Below are positions 41,489-50,887 of a DNA stretch of 64,000 bases, one piece after another (position 1 is the stretch's first letter; the number at the start of each line of letters is the position of its first letter). Source of the DNA: Candidatus Poribacteria bacterium (GTDB lineage: Bacteria > Poribacteria > WGA-4E > WGA-3G). The position numbers were made by a program, and so were the translations under genes. The DNA lies in the NCBI GenBank assembly GCA_964291315.2, contig OZ219750.1:416001-480000 (forward strand), in the 5' to 3' direction. The notes under the pieces are model-generated. The model saw nothing but the letters and a program-made list of their open reading frames with translations, ran no database searches and was not told the DNA's origin.

Positions 41489-42727
41489 CTAATCGACGGT
41501 AAACTGAATTGTATCGAACCGCTGTGCCACCTTTGCAACCTGTGGTTTAAGTTTTTCAGGGTTACCTCCCGAAAGGGCGGTAACGATACACGCTGCGATG
41601 TCCGGGGCATCCTCGGGGGTCATTCCCCATCGGGTGACCTCTTGAACGCCGATACGTAACCCTGACTTTCCAACTTCTGGTGAGATCTGAGTTGTGTCTG
41701 TAATAATATGACATGCTTCCAAGTGGGTTGCGAGTGTCTCGCTGTCGCCATATTTATCTACGATCAGGATCAAAGTATGAGATTCCGTGAAGTCCAGATC
41801 GGCACTGAGTATCGTAACATCTCGTTCTGCTAATGCTCGCCCGAGTGCTTTAGCGTTGGTAACAATTGCGTCTGCTTGTGCCTCACCGCATTCCATCCAC
41901 TCTATAAACGTTCCCGCTAATGCTGGGAGCCGGTTCAGGTGGTGGTTGCTCATTAACAGAGGGTAGAGAGCTTTTGCCACCTGTTCAGCAATAGAGGCAT
42001 TATTTGTTAGGATCATTCCTCCTTGGGGGCCCGCGAGTGTTTTGTGGGTGCTGGAGATGATGACATCCGCTCCCTCATCGAACGGTGCCTGAAACCGGTT
42101 ACCCGCGATGAGTCCAATAACATGTGAGGCATCATAGATGAGATAGGAATCTGGATGTGCTTTTCTCATTGCTTGCTTCAGTTCTCGTACGGGTTGTGGG
42201 AAAAGGAAGACACCGGAGCCGACGTTAACAATCTTGGGTTTGTGTTCGGCAATTAGGGCGATCGTTCCGTCGAGGTCGATGTTTGAACGTCGTTCGTTCC
42301 ACGGAATGGGAATTGATCGTAGTTCCACTTTGAGTTTTGAGACCAGTAGTTTTTCAGCATAGCGGTGTCCGTTGTGGACTTCCAGTACTGTGTCCCCTGG
42401 TTTGGCTAATGCGAACATTGTTCCAATCCCGGCAATGTTTCCTGATAGGGGACGGAAGTCGACATATGCTGCGCCAAAAACCTCTTTTGCTAAGTTTTGG
42501 GTGTATCCTTCTATCTCGGCGATGTAGCGGTTGCCTTTGTAATTGCGTTTGTAAATATCGGTGCCAGAGTAATTCCCGTACCGCCGCGCCAACCGTTCGT
42601 CGAAAAGTTCTTCTACTAACGGGGAGGGGGTGTTCTCCGAAGCGATGAGATTCAGACAGGTGTTCCGGTATGCTTGATGCTTGTCAAGAAGTGAAGTGAG
42701 TTTTTGGATCTTTGCGTTATGTGTCAT
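41489..42727 (-). CDS. Serine hydroxymethyltransferase-like PLP-dependent enzyme (divergent)
   Basis: LNLIASEN, RPLSGNIA, YDASH..GLIAG, STHKTLAGPQGG, GLRIG. Confidence 0.85.
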   Translation of the reverse strand: MTHNAKIQKLTSLLDKHQAYRNTCLNLIASENTPSPLVEELFDERLARRYGNYSGTDIYKRNYKGNRYIAEIEGYTQNLAKEVFGAAYVDFRPLSGNIAGIGTMFALAKPGDTVLEVHNGHRYAEKLLVSKLKVELRSIPIPWNERRSNIDLDGTIALIAEHKPKIVNVGSGVFLFPQPVRELKQAMRKAHPDSYLIYDASHVIGLIAGNRFQAPFDEGADVIISSTHKTLAGPQGGMILTNNASIAEQVAKALYPLLMSNHHLNRLPALAGTFIEWMECGEAQADAIVTNAKALGRALAERDVTILSADLDFTESHTLILIVDKYGDSETLATHLEACHIITDTTQISPEVGKSGLRIGVQEVTRWGMTPEDAPDIAACIVTALSGGNPEKLKPQVAKVAQRFDTIQFTVD

Positions 42728-42934
42728 TGAAAGAAGTCTCCATTATTCAGAATTCAGACAGAGTTTGGACTGTTTGTATTGAGACAGAAATTGCTCAGAG
42801 CCATTCAATTGTCGATGTGTAGTTTCCGTATGTGTATGTTTGGATATGGTTACATCAGAGATAGCGTGACATTTCAGGCTATCTCTGATAGAATAGACCT
42901 CATTCTTATGAACAGACATATTTTGAGGTATATC

Positions 42935-43051
42935 ATGACGAAAGCGAACGCTCGCCATCTGCTGAATATATTAGCAGATATTCCAGATTTTCGCAACCTG
43001 CGCGGCAGGCGGCATCTGCTCTCTGCTATCTACGCGCCCTCAACCTCATGA
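42935..43051 (+). mobile_element. ISAs1-family transposase N-terminal remnant
   Basis: MTKANARHLLNILADIPDFRNLRGRRHLLSAI resembles the IPDxR..GRRHxL DDE_Tnp_1-associated motif; truncated. Confidence 0.65.
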
Positions 43052-43100
43052 AAAAATATGAACGACAATTGAATGGCTCTGGATTTTCTATTAAAAAAAC

Positions 43101-43129
43101 TTGACATGAGGTGCGTTTTAAGATATACT
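43101..43129 (+). promoter_or_regulatory. Near-consensus sigma70 promoter
   Basis: TTGACA-17 nt-TATACT with an A-tract upstream. Confidence 0.7.
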
Positions 43130-43760
43130 TAAAATAATATATTGTAGAAGCTGCAGCATGAAATAGTCCGAAAGCGAATTTGTAACCTATGCGACATATG
43201 AAAGCTTTAGACACAGGTTCCAGAATTAGCACGTCAGATCGGCTTAGCCCCCTCTTGGGTATTCAGTGCCTATTATATCGTCTAATTTCTGCCTTTAGTT
43301 GGATTTTTAGCGATTACCCCCCCCCTTACCTTTACACATAGTAAGTATTTTATCCCCTTTATCACAAGACATACCCGCGCGCCGCGGCACTACCCACTTT
43401 GCGCCTGCTCGCCAGCTGACCCAACAGCACAAGATCGCACACCGGCCACAGAGCATCCGGCAGCCGAAGATAGGCAGGAGCAAAGCCGATCCTATAGCAA
43501 AAGAGACAGCCGCTCTATTCTTTTCATATGTTTTATGCTGGCGTTCCGTTTTCACGCACTTTAGGGACACTTGGTGCCGCCATTCAAAATACGCAAGGAC
43601 AAGGAGGACTGAAATTTGGAGGCTGCCCCTGTTACCTCTTCCTATGGAGAGCTGGAGGGTTCTTCACATAAAGTTTGTTTCGTAAGCAGAGAGAATGGAT
43701 CTGTCATCCGTGATTCCATTCTTATTTGATTTATGTTTAATATATGAATAACAGAGGAGG

Positions 43761-46646
43761 ATGAGACTGATGTTAATGTTATGGAATAAAATGAGACTAT
43801 TTGTGGTGTTGGGCCTGGTGTGTTTCTTCTCAACATCCCGGGCTTCCGCTCTTCAGCAGGATAACGCATGGCAATCGAAGAAAGGTAGTTTTTATGTTTT
43901 CACAGCCGGAAGTGAATCCTTAATACCTACACTCGCTGACAACGGCATCGTGGACACGGTAAAAGGGGGACCGATAACTTGGGGTAGAGCTTCTGGCCTT
44001 ACTTATTTTCCGGACACCTGGTCGGAACTGCAGGAGCTATTCCGCGGAGGCGGCGGGCTTGCCGTTGCAGTGAGGATTCCGGCTACAAGCGACACGGGCC
44101 AGTTCACGTTTGCTAAGCATAAAAGTTGGGCTGCTACAAAGGCAGAGGCGGACAAGTTCGAGGTTACCGAGGAGACAAAAGCCTTGGCGAAGACGTTCAA
44201 GCAGGCAATTGTTTTCAGCGAGGTCATGTGGGGTCGGGATTTCGCTGCGAGAACTGATGGTCCCGGCGAGTTTGGGGCCCAATGGGTTGAATTTTACGTC
44301 AACAAACTTTTGAAAAGCGACGATGAGGTGGTATTCAGATCATATAGTAATGCTACCGAGATGCCTGCTCCGGGTGAGATAGTATCAGTAACTACGGGCG
44401 GCGGTTCTAATTTTTATCGCTATCATTATGTCTTTTTGGATCGTATATCAACGATCGATCGTTGGGGTAGGAATTGGTTCCCGGATGCGCCGGGTAAAGA
44501 TGGTGATAGCGACGGCAACACAAATGCCGGCCTGCCTCCGACGCCTGTGGTCTCTATGTATCGGGATATCAAACTTGACAGCACAGGGAAGGCGTATGCG
44601 GTCAAAGATGGTAACCTGGATGGACTCGGTGATGGCAGCGAACCCAGCGCCTGGAAGGAGTCCGTCGGCCGCGTGAACATGGCGGGGCACTTCATCGGTT
44701 CCCCGGGCAGCGTTCACGTGCTTCATCCTGGCGGTCCCCATGTAACAAGGTTTGATAAGGCGCCTAAGGATGAAGATATCACGGCTACCGGCATCATCAT
44801 CAATGAGGTGTACAACGACCCGTCAAGTGCGAACTTGGATTGGATAGAGTTGTTCTATAATACCGATGACGCGGCAGCTGCATCTATAAGCATAGAGAAC
44901 TATAAGTTGAGCTTGGTGATGGGCAAGATGAAGTCTGATGGTAGCGGGTATAACGAGTCTGGGGATGCCAACTTCACGGAGACGAGCCTTGCGGTGCTGC
45001 CGAAATACAAGATGCGGCCTGGGGAGTATCTGGTGGTCTATAACCGGGAGCCTGGGAAGAGCGTTAAGCTCGCTGGGGGTGTGAACGTTAGCAACCTGTT
45101 GGACAGAACGGACATCAACATGGGTGCGACGCACAAGTATGCGGTTGCGAAGGATCTGAGTCTGCCTGCTACGGGCAAGTTCCTGATCCTGTTGCGCACG
45201 CGGAATAGTGCGGATGACGTTGGCAAGCCGACGAACATCAAAGACTACGCTGGCAACGGTTTCTTCAAGCGCATGGAAGATGGAAAGTTCAACACGTACC
45301 TCTGGCCGTTCGTGGGTTGGACGAAGCCGGGAGATGTGGATGATAACGACTTCGGTGGTATGAACAGCTTCTCTTCTCGGAGCATGTCGTTCGGTCGCGG
45401 TGTCCACTTGAACGCGAAGGGGATGTATTGGGCGAAGTCTCGTGCGAATCGTGTCCACAAAGACGACTGGCAGTCGTTTGGTTTCATGGGTGCTGGCTAC
45501 GATCGCGGCAAAGATAAAACGATTGACAAGGCGAGTTCCCCTGGCACGCCGGGGTATCCGAACATGGTAGTGGGCATGATCGCTGATGACAAAGACACCG
45601 CATCGACTGAAGACGACTATGCGTTTGATGGAACAGTGACGATCAGCGAGATCATGTATGATGCGGGACCGCGCTGGGACTTGGTGCAGTGGATAGAGCT
45701 CTACAATAGTTCTATGACGGAGACGCTAAACCTTGAAGGGTGGGAGTTTGAGATCCGCAACGCCGACACAAACGTAGATGCGTATGTGGATGCGTCTTTC
45801 ACGTTTGCTGCGGGGACGTATCTGCCGCCGAATCAGACGTTGCTGCTGGTGTCGAAGAACGGTGTGAACGATGTGCCGGAGAACTACGTATACAATCTGC
45901 AGCAGAAGCATCGTAGCGATCTCGGGTTGACGGCGAACGGTCGCCGGTTGCTGAGTGCGGAGGGTTTCCGTCTGGAGCTGCGTGCGAAGATCAGCGAAGG
46001 CGGTCAGTCCCGGTTGCGGGTGATGGACACGGCTGGCAACGTTGAGATAGTGGAGGGTCTGCGCAAGCGTGCGTGGGAACTGCCGAAGCGTGGGGATGTG
46101 CGGATGTCTATTGTGCGCAAGTCTGGAGGCATCTTCAATAACATGACAGAGGGTTCTGGTCCGCATGCTGCGGATGACGGTCTGATGAAAACCTCTTGGC
46201 GGAAGGGTTCCTCGCTGACGTACTACGGACATCGTGACGATATCGGCACGCCGGGTCATCGTGCTGGGGGACCGCTGCCCGTGTCGCTCTCGAGTTTCCG
46301 GCCTGTTCGCGATGCCTCGACGGGCCACGTTGAGATTACGTGGGTAACGCAGTCAGAGCTGAACAATGCGGGGTTCAATATCCTACGCAGTGAGAGCAAG
46401 ACCGGTGAGTTTGCGGTTATCAACGCCGAGGGTCTGATTGCTGGCCACGGCACGACGTCTGAGAGGCATGTGTATCGCTACACAGATACGACTGCGAAGC
46501 CGAGTGTGGTGTATTATTACCAGATAGAAGATGTCTCTATGGATGGGGTGCGCACGACGTTACGGACGACGCATCTGCGTGGGGATGTCTCTGCGAATGG
46601 TAAGCTCACGACGCGTTGGGGAGAGCTGAAATCGTCTGATAAATAA
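43761..46646 (+). CDS. Secreted lamin-tail-domain (LTD) repeat protein
   Basis: Signal peptide; three modules (IVFSEVMW..QWVEFY..GSPG; IIINEVY..DWIELFY..GTPG; VTISEIMY..QWIELYN..GTPG); PLPVSLSSF Ig-like domain; terminal GKLTTRWGELK; exact start among several Met codons uncertain. Confidence 0.85.
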   Translation: MRLMLMLWNKMRLFVVLGLVCFFSTSRASALQQDNAWQSKKGSFYVFTAGSESLIPTLADNGIVDTVKGGPITWGRASGLTYFPDTWSELQELFRGGGGLAVAVRIPATSDTGQFTFAKHKSWAATKAEADKFEVTEETKALAKTFKQAIVFSEVMWGRDFAARTDGPGEFGAQWVEFYVNKLLKSDDEVVFRSYSNATEMPAPGEIVSVTTGGGSNFYRYHYVFLDRISTIDRWGRNWFPDAPGKDGDSDGNTNAGLPPTPVVSMYRDIKLDSTGKAYAVKDGNLDGLGDGSEPSAWKESVGRVNMAGHFIGSPGSVHVLHPGGPHVTRFDKAPKDEDITATGIIINEVYNDPSSANLDWIELFYNTDDAAAASISIENYKLSLVMGKMKSDGSGYNESGDANFTETSLAVLPKYKMRPGEYLVVYNREPGKSVKLAGGVNVSNLLDRTDINMGATHKYAVAKDLSLPATGKFLILLRTRNSADDVGKPTNIKDYAGNGFFKRMEDGKFNTYLWPFVGWTKPGDVDDNDFGGMNSFSSRSMSFGRGVHLNAKGMYWAKSRANRVHKDDWQSFGFMGAGYDRGKDKTIDKASSPGTPGYPNMVVGMIADDKDTASTEDDYAFDGTVTISEIMYDAGPRWDLVQWIELYNSSMTETLNLEGWEFEIRNADTNVDAYVDASFTFAAGTYLPPNQTLLLVSKNGVNDVPENYVYNLQQKHRSDLGLTANGRRLLSAEGFRLELRAKISEGGQSRLRVMDTAGNVEIVEGLRKRAWELPKRGDVRMSIVRKSGGIFNNMTEGSGPHAADDGLMKTSWRKGSSLTYYGHRDDIGTPGHRAGGPLPVSLSSFRPVRDASTGHVEITWVTQSELNNAGFNILRSESKTGEFAVINAEGLIAGHGTTSERHVYRYTDTTAKPSVVYYYQIEDVSMDGVRTTLRTTHLRGDVSANGKLTTRWGELKSSDK

Positions 46647-46698
46647 CAGACAAGAAGGTTAGACAGAGATAGACAACTCTGAATCCGACTAACCAAAC

Positions 46699-46739
46699 GT
46701 TGGGGGGTGGAACGTATGTTTCGCCCCCCAACTTTTTTT
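46699..46739 (+). terminator. Rho-independent terminator
   Basis: GTTGGGGGGTGGAAC-GTAT-GTTTCGCCCCCCAAC followed by T7. Confidence 0.85.
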
Positions 46740-46832
46740 AAGAAAGTGATAGAGGCACAGGATACCAGCAGCCTATGCTACAACACTGCACAGCCGCATC
46801 TGATACATGCTAATGTTGGCTATGGAAATTGC

Positions 46833-46861
46833 TTGACGTTCCTTAAAAATTCTATTAAGAT
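46833..46861 (+). promoter_or_regulatory. Sigma70-type promoter of the enolase-superfamily gene
   Basis: TTGACG-17 nt-TAAGAT, 30 nt before the ATG. Confidence 0.6.
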
Positions 46862-46890
46862 GAGAGAAAACAGACTGGAACGAGGAAATT

Positions 46891-48243
46891 ATGCCGAAAC
46901 CGACAGATATCCGCATTCTTAATGTTGGTTATGATTTTGAAGAACATAAATACCGCACCCCGCTCAAGTTCGGAGGAGTACCGACGGATCGCTGTGTTCT
47001 GTTTAACGTACGTATGCGAGTTCAGACACGTGCTGGGAAAGAAGCAGAAGGTAAAGGTTCAATGCCGCTTGGCAATGTTTGGGCGTTTCCGCCGCGCTAT
47101 GCCCCTTTTGACCAGAGTCTCACAGCGATGAAGAAACTTGCTGAATTAGCGGTTAGGGCAACACAGGATTGTACGTTGTGTGCGCACCCGCTTGAACTCT
47201 CCGAAGTGCTTGAACCCGAATTTCTACGAATCGCCGACGCTTTGTCCAACACTATGCAGCTTGCGTCACCAATACCCAAGCTCTGTACTGTTGTTACGAC
47301 GAGTCCTATTGACGCAGCCATTCACGATGGGTTTGGGAAAGCAAACGGTGTTAATAGTTATAACGGATTAGGCGAAGATTTTATTGAGGCAGATCTGTCT
47401 CACTTTTTGAATGAACACTTCGCGGGAAAATATCTGGACCGGTACACGTCCCGCCACCCCAAGATAAGTATGCCGCTTTACCATCTCGTCGGTGCCCTCG
47501 ATCCACTCACTGATGCGGATATTGCAGAACGTCTCGATGACGGTTTACCGGAAACCCTTCCGGAATGGATCGTTGCTGATGGTTTGACGCACTTGAAAAT
47601 CAAACTCAACGGCGATGACCTGGCTTGGGACGTGGCGCGCGTCCTTGCAATTGATAAAATTGCCGCAGAAACGCAGGCAAAACGTGGCATTGACGTGTGG
47701 CGCTATTCGGTTGATTTTAATGAAACCTGCCAAGACGTAGAATATCTGTTGGCATTCCTCAGCCAGATCCAGGAGGCAGAGCGTGGAGTTTTTCAACGTC
47801 TTGCCTACATCGAGCAACCCACAGATCGGAATCTGAAGGGGCATCCCGAAAATAAGATGCACAAAGCCGCCGAGATAAAACCGGTGGTCATTGACGAATC
47901 ACTGACCGACTTTGAGACTTTTCTGCTCGCGCGCGAGCAAGGATATTCGGGGGTTGCGCTCAAAGCATGTAAGGGACAATCTCAGGCGTTGTTAATGGGT
48001 GCAGCAGCTGCAGAATACGGTATGTTTCTTGCGGTTCAGGACCTAACATGTCCGGGGGCTTCCTTCTTGCATTCAGCGGGACTTGCTGCCCGCATTCCCG
48101 GTGTAACGGCTATTGAAGGCAACTCACGTCAATTCTGTCCAAGTGCTAATGACAGTTGGATCGATAAATTTCCATCAATTTTTAACATCACTGACGGTAC
48201 TGTGGGAACGTATGTACTGACGGCCCCCGGACTTGGACATTGA
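46891..48243 (+). CDS. Mandelate racemase/muconate lactonizing enzyme (enolase superfamily) protein
   Basis: IDAAIHD, HLKIKL, VDFNE, YIEQP, VVIDES, ALKACK. Confidence 0.85.
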   Translation: MPKPTDIRILNVGYDFEEHKYRTPLKFGGVPTDRCVLFNVRMRVQTRAGKEAEGKGSMPLGNVWAFPPRYAPFDQSLTAMKKLAELAVRATQDCTLCAHPLELSEVLEPEFLRIADALSNTMQLASPIPKLCTVVTTSPIDAAIHDGFGKANGVNSYNGLGEDFIEADLSHFLNEHFAGKYLDRYTSRHPKISMPLYHLVGALDPLTDADIAERLDDGLPETLPEWIVADGLTHLKIKLNGDDLAWDVARVLAIDKIAAETQAKRGIDVWRYSVDFNETCQDVEYLLAFLSQIQEAERGVFQRLAYIEQPTDRNLKGHPENKMHKAAEIKPVVIDESLTDFETFLLAREQGYSGVALKACKGQSQALLMGAAAAEYGMFLAVQDLTCPGASFLHSAGLAARIPGVTAIEGNSRQFCPSANDSWIDKFPSIFNITDGTVGTYVLTAPGLGH

Positions 48244-49010
48244 TCGCTAAAGTAGGACTGAAATATGCCAATTGTCTCGCACAGAGCATTTGAGTGGTTT
48301 GATATTAAGAGTGCCGGCGGATTTTTATGCTTCCGGCTTCCGGGAGAAATAACGTTAAACGCGTTCCGCAATTCGAGCTTCTGATTTCAAGATTATACCA
48401 AAAGGGTTCTGTTTGAACAAAGAAAACACGGAATTATTTACCAAACTTGCGTAAAAATGTTAGACTAGTATAACATTGCAACCTCGGCGCTGAGTGTTTG
48501 TAACCCTGTGTGAGGCGTGGATTCCGAGCCCTTTTTAAGTGTTGATTTTTGCTGTGAAAAAAGGATTTAGCCAAAAGTGTAAAATTTTATTGTTCGCATT
48601 ATTAATTCAAGTTTGCGTTATATATGATACCATATATAATGTCGGGATGCAATTTTTTTATCAATGGATAGATGGCCTCTGCTGTGTCCGCAATTTTAGA
48701 TTTTCGGTTTTAGAGACCCTAACCTACTATATCGTTTGGGCGTTTTTTTGCGTTTCCGTGTACTGTTTCCGAACTGTCCGCACGATGAACGTCATGCTTG
48801 AGGTGTTAAAAATTAAACAGGTAAAAAGGGCGTGATAGCTATTAGGAAGAGCACCGACTCTTAACGCAATGTGTTTATCAGTAATGTCTGCCCCGGAATA
48901 TAAAACGCGGAGTTCCTTGGAAATTTCGTCCTGATGTTTGCCCTTCCCTCGTGTTGAGAAACGCTGTGTATTATGGGGTTGTTATTGTGTATCCATATAA
49001 ATGGGTCAGC

Positions 49011-50669
49011 CTATTTTCCTGGCTCCACAATTGTTATGTATGTATTGATTGGCGCGTCGTCCAATTCCTGTGTTGTGCCGCTTTGCCAAACAACAGTAAT
49101 CTTCTGAACGTGTTGATGCATTCCTAAGCCGAATAGCAGGCGTGTGTCGCTTCCGGAGGCGTAGCTTGAACCGCTCTTTACTTCCCGAATCTGTGTCACG
49201 CCGCCGGTTACAAGTTGGACCTTTGCCCCAATACCGTCCCTATTGCTACGGGTGCCGATTAGTTTAATGCCGACCCAATTCTTCATGTTTCCGCCATCAT
49301 TTCGAAGCAAAACGGCGCGCTGGTTGGAATTCATGATAACAATATCGGTATCCCCGTCATTGTCGTAGTCTGCCATAGCGGCGGCTCTTCCGACAAGCGT
49401 TTCTTGAAAGTAAACGCCAGCGGTTTCTGAAACGTCCGTGTAACGCCCGTTTCCGTTGTTCCGAAACATCTGGTCGCGCTGCGCGTAAGTTTCGTGATCG
49501 GTCAAAGTCGCGATGACATCTTGTGGATGTCCGTTTGCACAAAACAGGTCGAGATGTCCGTCATTATCGTAATCTAGAAAGAGTGGACTGAAACCAACGA
49601 AAGAGAGTGTTGGCTGCTCTAGGCCGCTATCGGCAGTTGCATCAACGAAGAAGAGACCTTCTTGATTTTTATAAAGGGTTGCCTTCTCTGAATTCGCGAT
49701 AATGAAATCAGACCATCCATCCCCGTTATAATCCCCGGTGTCCACGCCCATAGAGCCTTCGGCGACCCCCTTTTCATCGTAACCGATCCCAATAAAGAGG
49801 CTCTCATCAGTGAAGGTGCCGTCGCTGTTGTTATGATACATGAAATTCCGGTTGGTATCGTTGGCGACGTAAACGTCAGAAAATCCGTCATGATCGTAGT
49901 CACAGGCAATGGCTGCCATCCCTCTGCCTTCACTCGGGTTTGTGACCCCGGCTGCTTCGGCGATGTTCGTAAAGGTGCCGTCCCCGTTGTTCCGATAAAG
50001 CACATCAGGTGTTCCCTCATAGCTGCGCGGGTGTCCGTATCCGACAATACCTCTATAGGTTGTTATTGGCATCGACAGTTCGTAAACAAGATAGTTAACA
50101 ACAAAAATATCCAAATCGCCATCGATGTCAAAATCGAGGTAGACAGCTGCAATACCCCAGAGGGGGTTATCAATCCCCGCGGCTTTGGTGATGTCGGTGA
50201 ATGTACCGTCCCCGTTATTTCGGTAGAGCGTATCGTTTCCGAAGTTTGCGATGTAGAGATCTGCATCGCCGTCATTATCAATATCTCCTGCAGCAGCTGC
50301 CATCCCGTAGCTTGTATCTCCTACGCCTGCCTGTTCGGTGACATCTGTCCAACGTCCATTCCCTTCGTTGCGATAGAGGGCATTTCCGGGGTTTCTCTGT
50401 TGTCGGTTTGGTGCCTCTTGTGGAATAGATCCGCTGTTAACAAAATAAAGATCGACATCACTATCTGCATCATAATCAAAAAAGACGACCCCGGATCCCA
50501 TCGTTTCAATAATGTGTTTATGCTCAGTTTTACCGTTGTTGTGCCTGAATTGGATGCCGGCTGCTTCGGTAACATCCGTGAAAGTAGGCAGTTCTGCGGC
50601 AGCATTGCCGATAGTGAGTAGGAAGAATATCTGTACGCTTAATTTAAGTTGCCGCTTATTCATGGACAT
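49011..50669 (-). CDS. CRTAC1 family protein (FG-GAP repeats plus ASPIC/UnbV)
   Basis: FTDVTEAAGI, many DYDxDGxxD and LYRNNGDGTF repeats, SNRDGIGAKV..SGSSYAS..LLFGLG. Confidence 0.92.
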   Translation of the reverse strand: MSMNKRQLKLSVQIFFLLTIGNAAAELPTFTDVTEAAGIQFRHNNGKTEHKHIIETMGSGVVFFDYDADSDVDLYFVNSGSIPQEAPNRQQRNPGNALYRNEGNGRWTDVTEQAGVGDTSYGMAAAAGDIDNDGDADLYIANFGNDTLYRNNGDGTFTDITKAAGIDNPLWGIAAVYLDFDIDGDLDIFVVNYLVYELSMPITTYRGIVGYGHPRSYEGTPDVLYRNNGDGTFTNIAEAAGVTNPSEGRGMAAIACDYDHDGFSDVYVANDTNRNFMYHNNSDGTFTDESLFIGIGYDEKGVAEGSMGVDTGDYNGDGWSDFIIANSEKATLYKNQEGLFFVDATADSGLEQPTLSFVGFSPLFLDYDNDGHLDLFCANGHPQDVIATLTDHETYAQRDQMFRNNGNGRYTDVSETAGVYFQETLVGRAAAMADYDNDGDTDIVIMNSNQRAVLLRNDGGNMKNWVGIKLIGTRSNRDGIGAKVQLVTGGVTQIREVKSGSSYASGSDTRLLFGLGMHQHVQKITVVWQSGTTQELDDAPINTYITIVEPGK

Positions 50670-50887
50670 AACACCTCGCTGGAGTGCAGCTTGCCCGATC
50701 GTTTTCTATGAACATGGCACACCCTTGAGGTGTGAAGAGATACTTTTCCGTGAAATCCGTAAAATCCGAGAGCGCAAGTTTACAGGGCTTATTAGGTAGC
50801 AAAACTTAATGTGAGTTTGGTAAATACTTGGCTAATTTTTGTCCAAAGAGAGTATTGTGGTGCAATGAAGCTATCAAATGAGTTTGT

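Noticed and set aside
43317-43325. C9 tract with a GATTAC context similar to the mod C8 tract
   Set aside because: It is intergenic, with no reading frame or promoter spacing that depends on it; the similarity is short and probably chance.
44823-46328. 211 aa and 200 aa minus-strand ORFs
   Set aside because: They are shadows of the codon-biased LTD gene.
49833-50621. 262 aa plus-strand ORF
   Set aside because: It lies antisense to the repetitive CRTAC1 gene.
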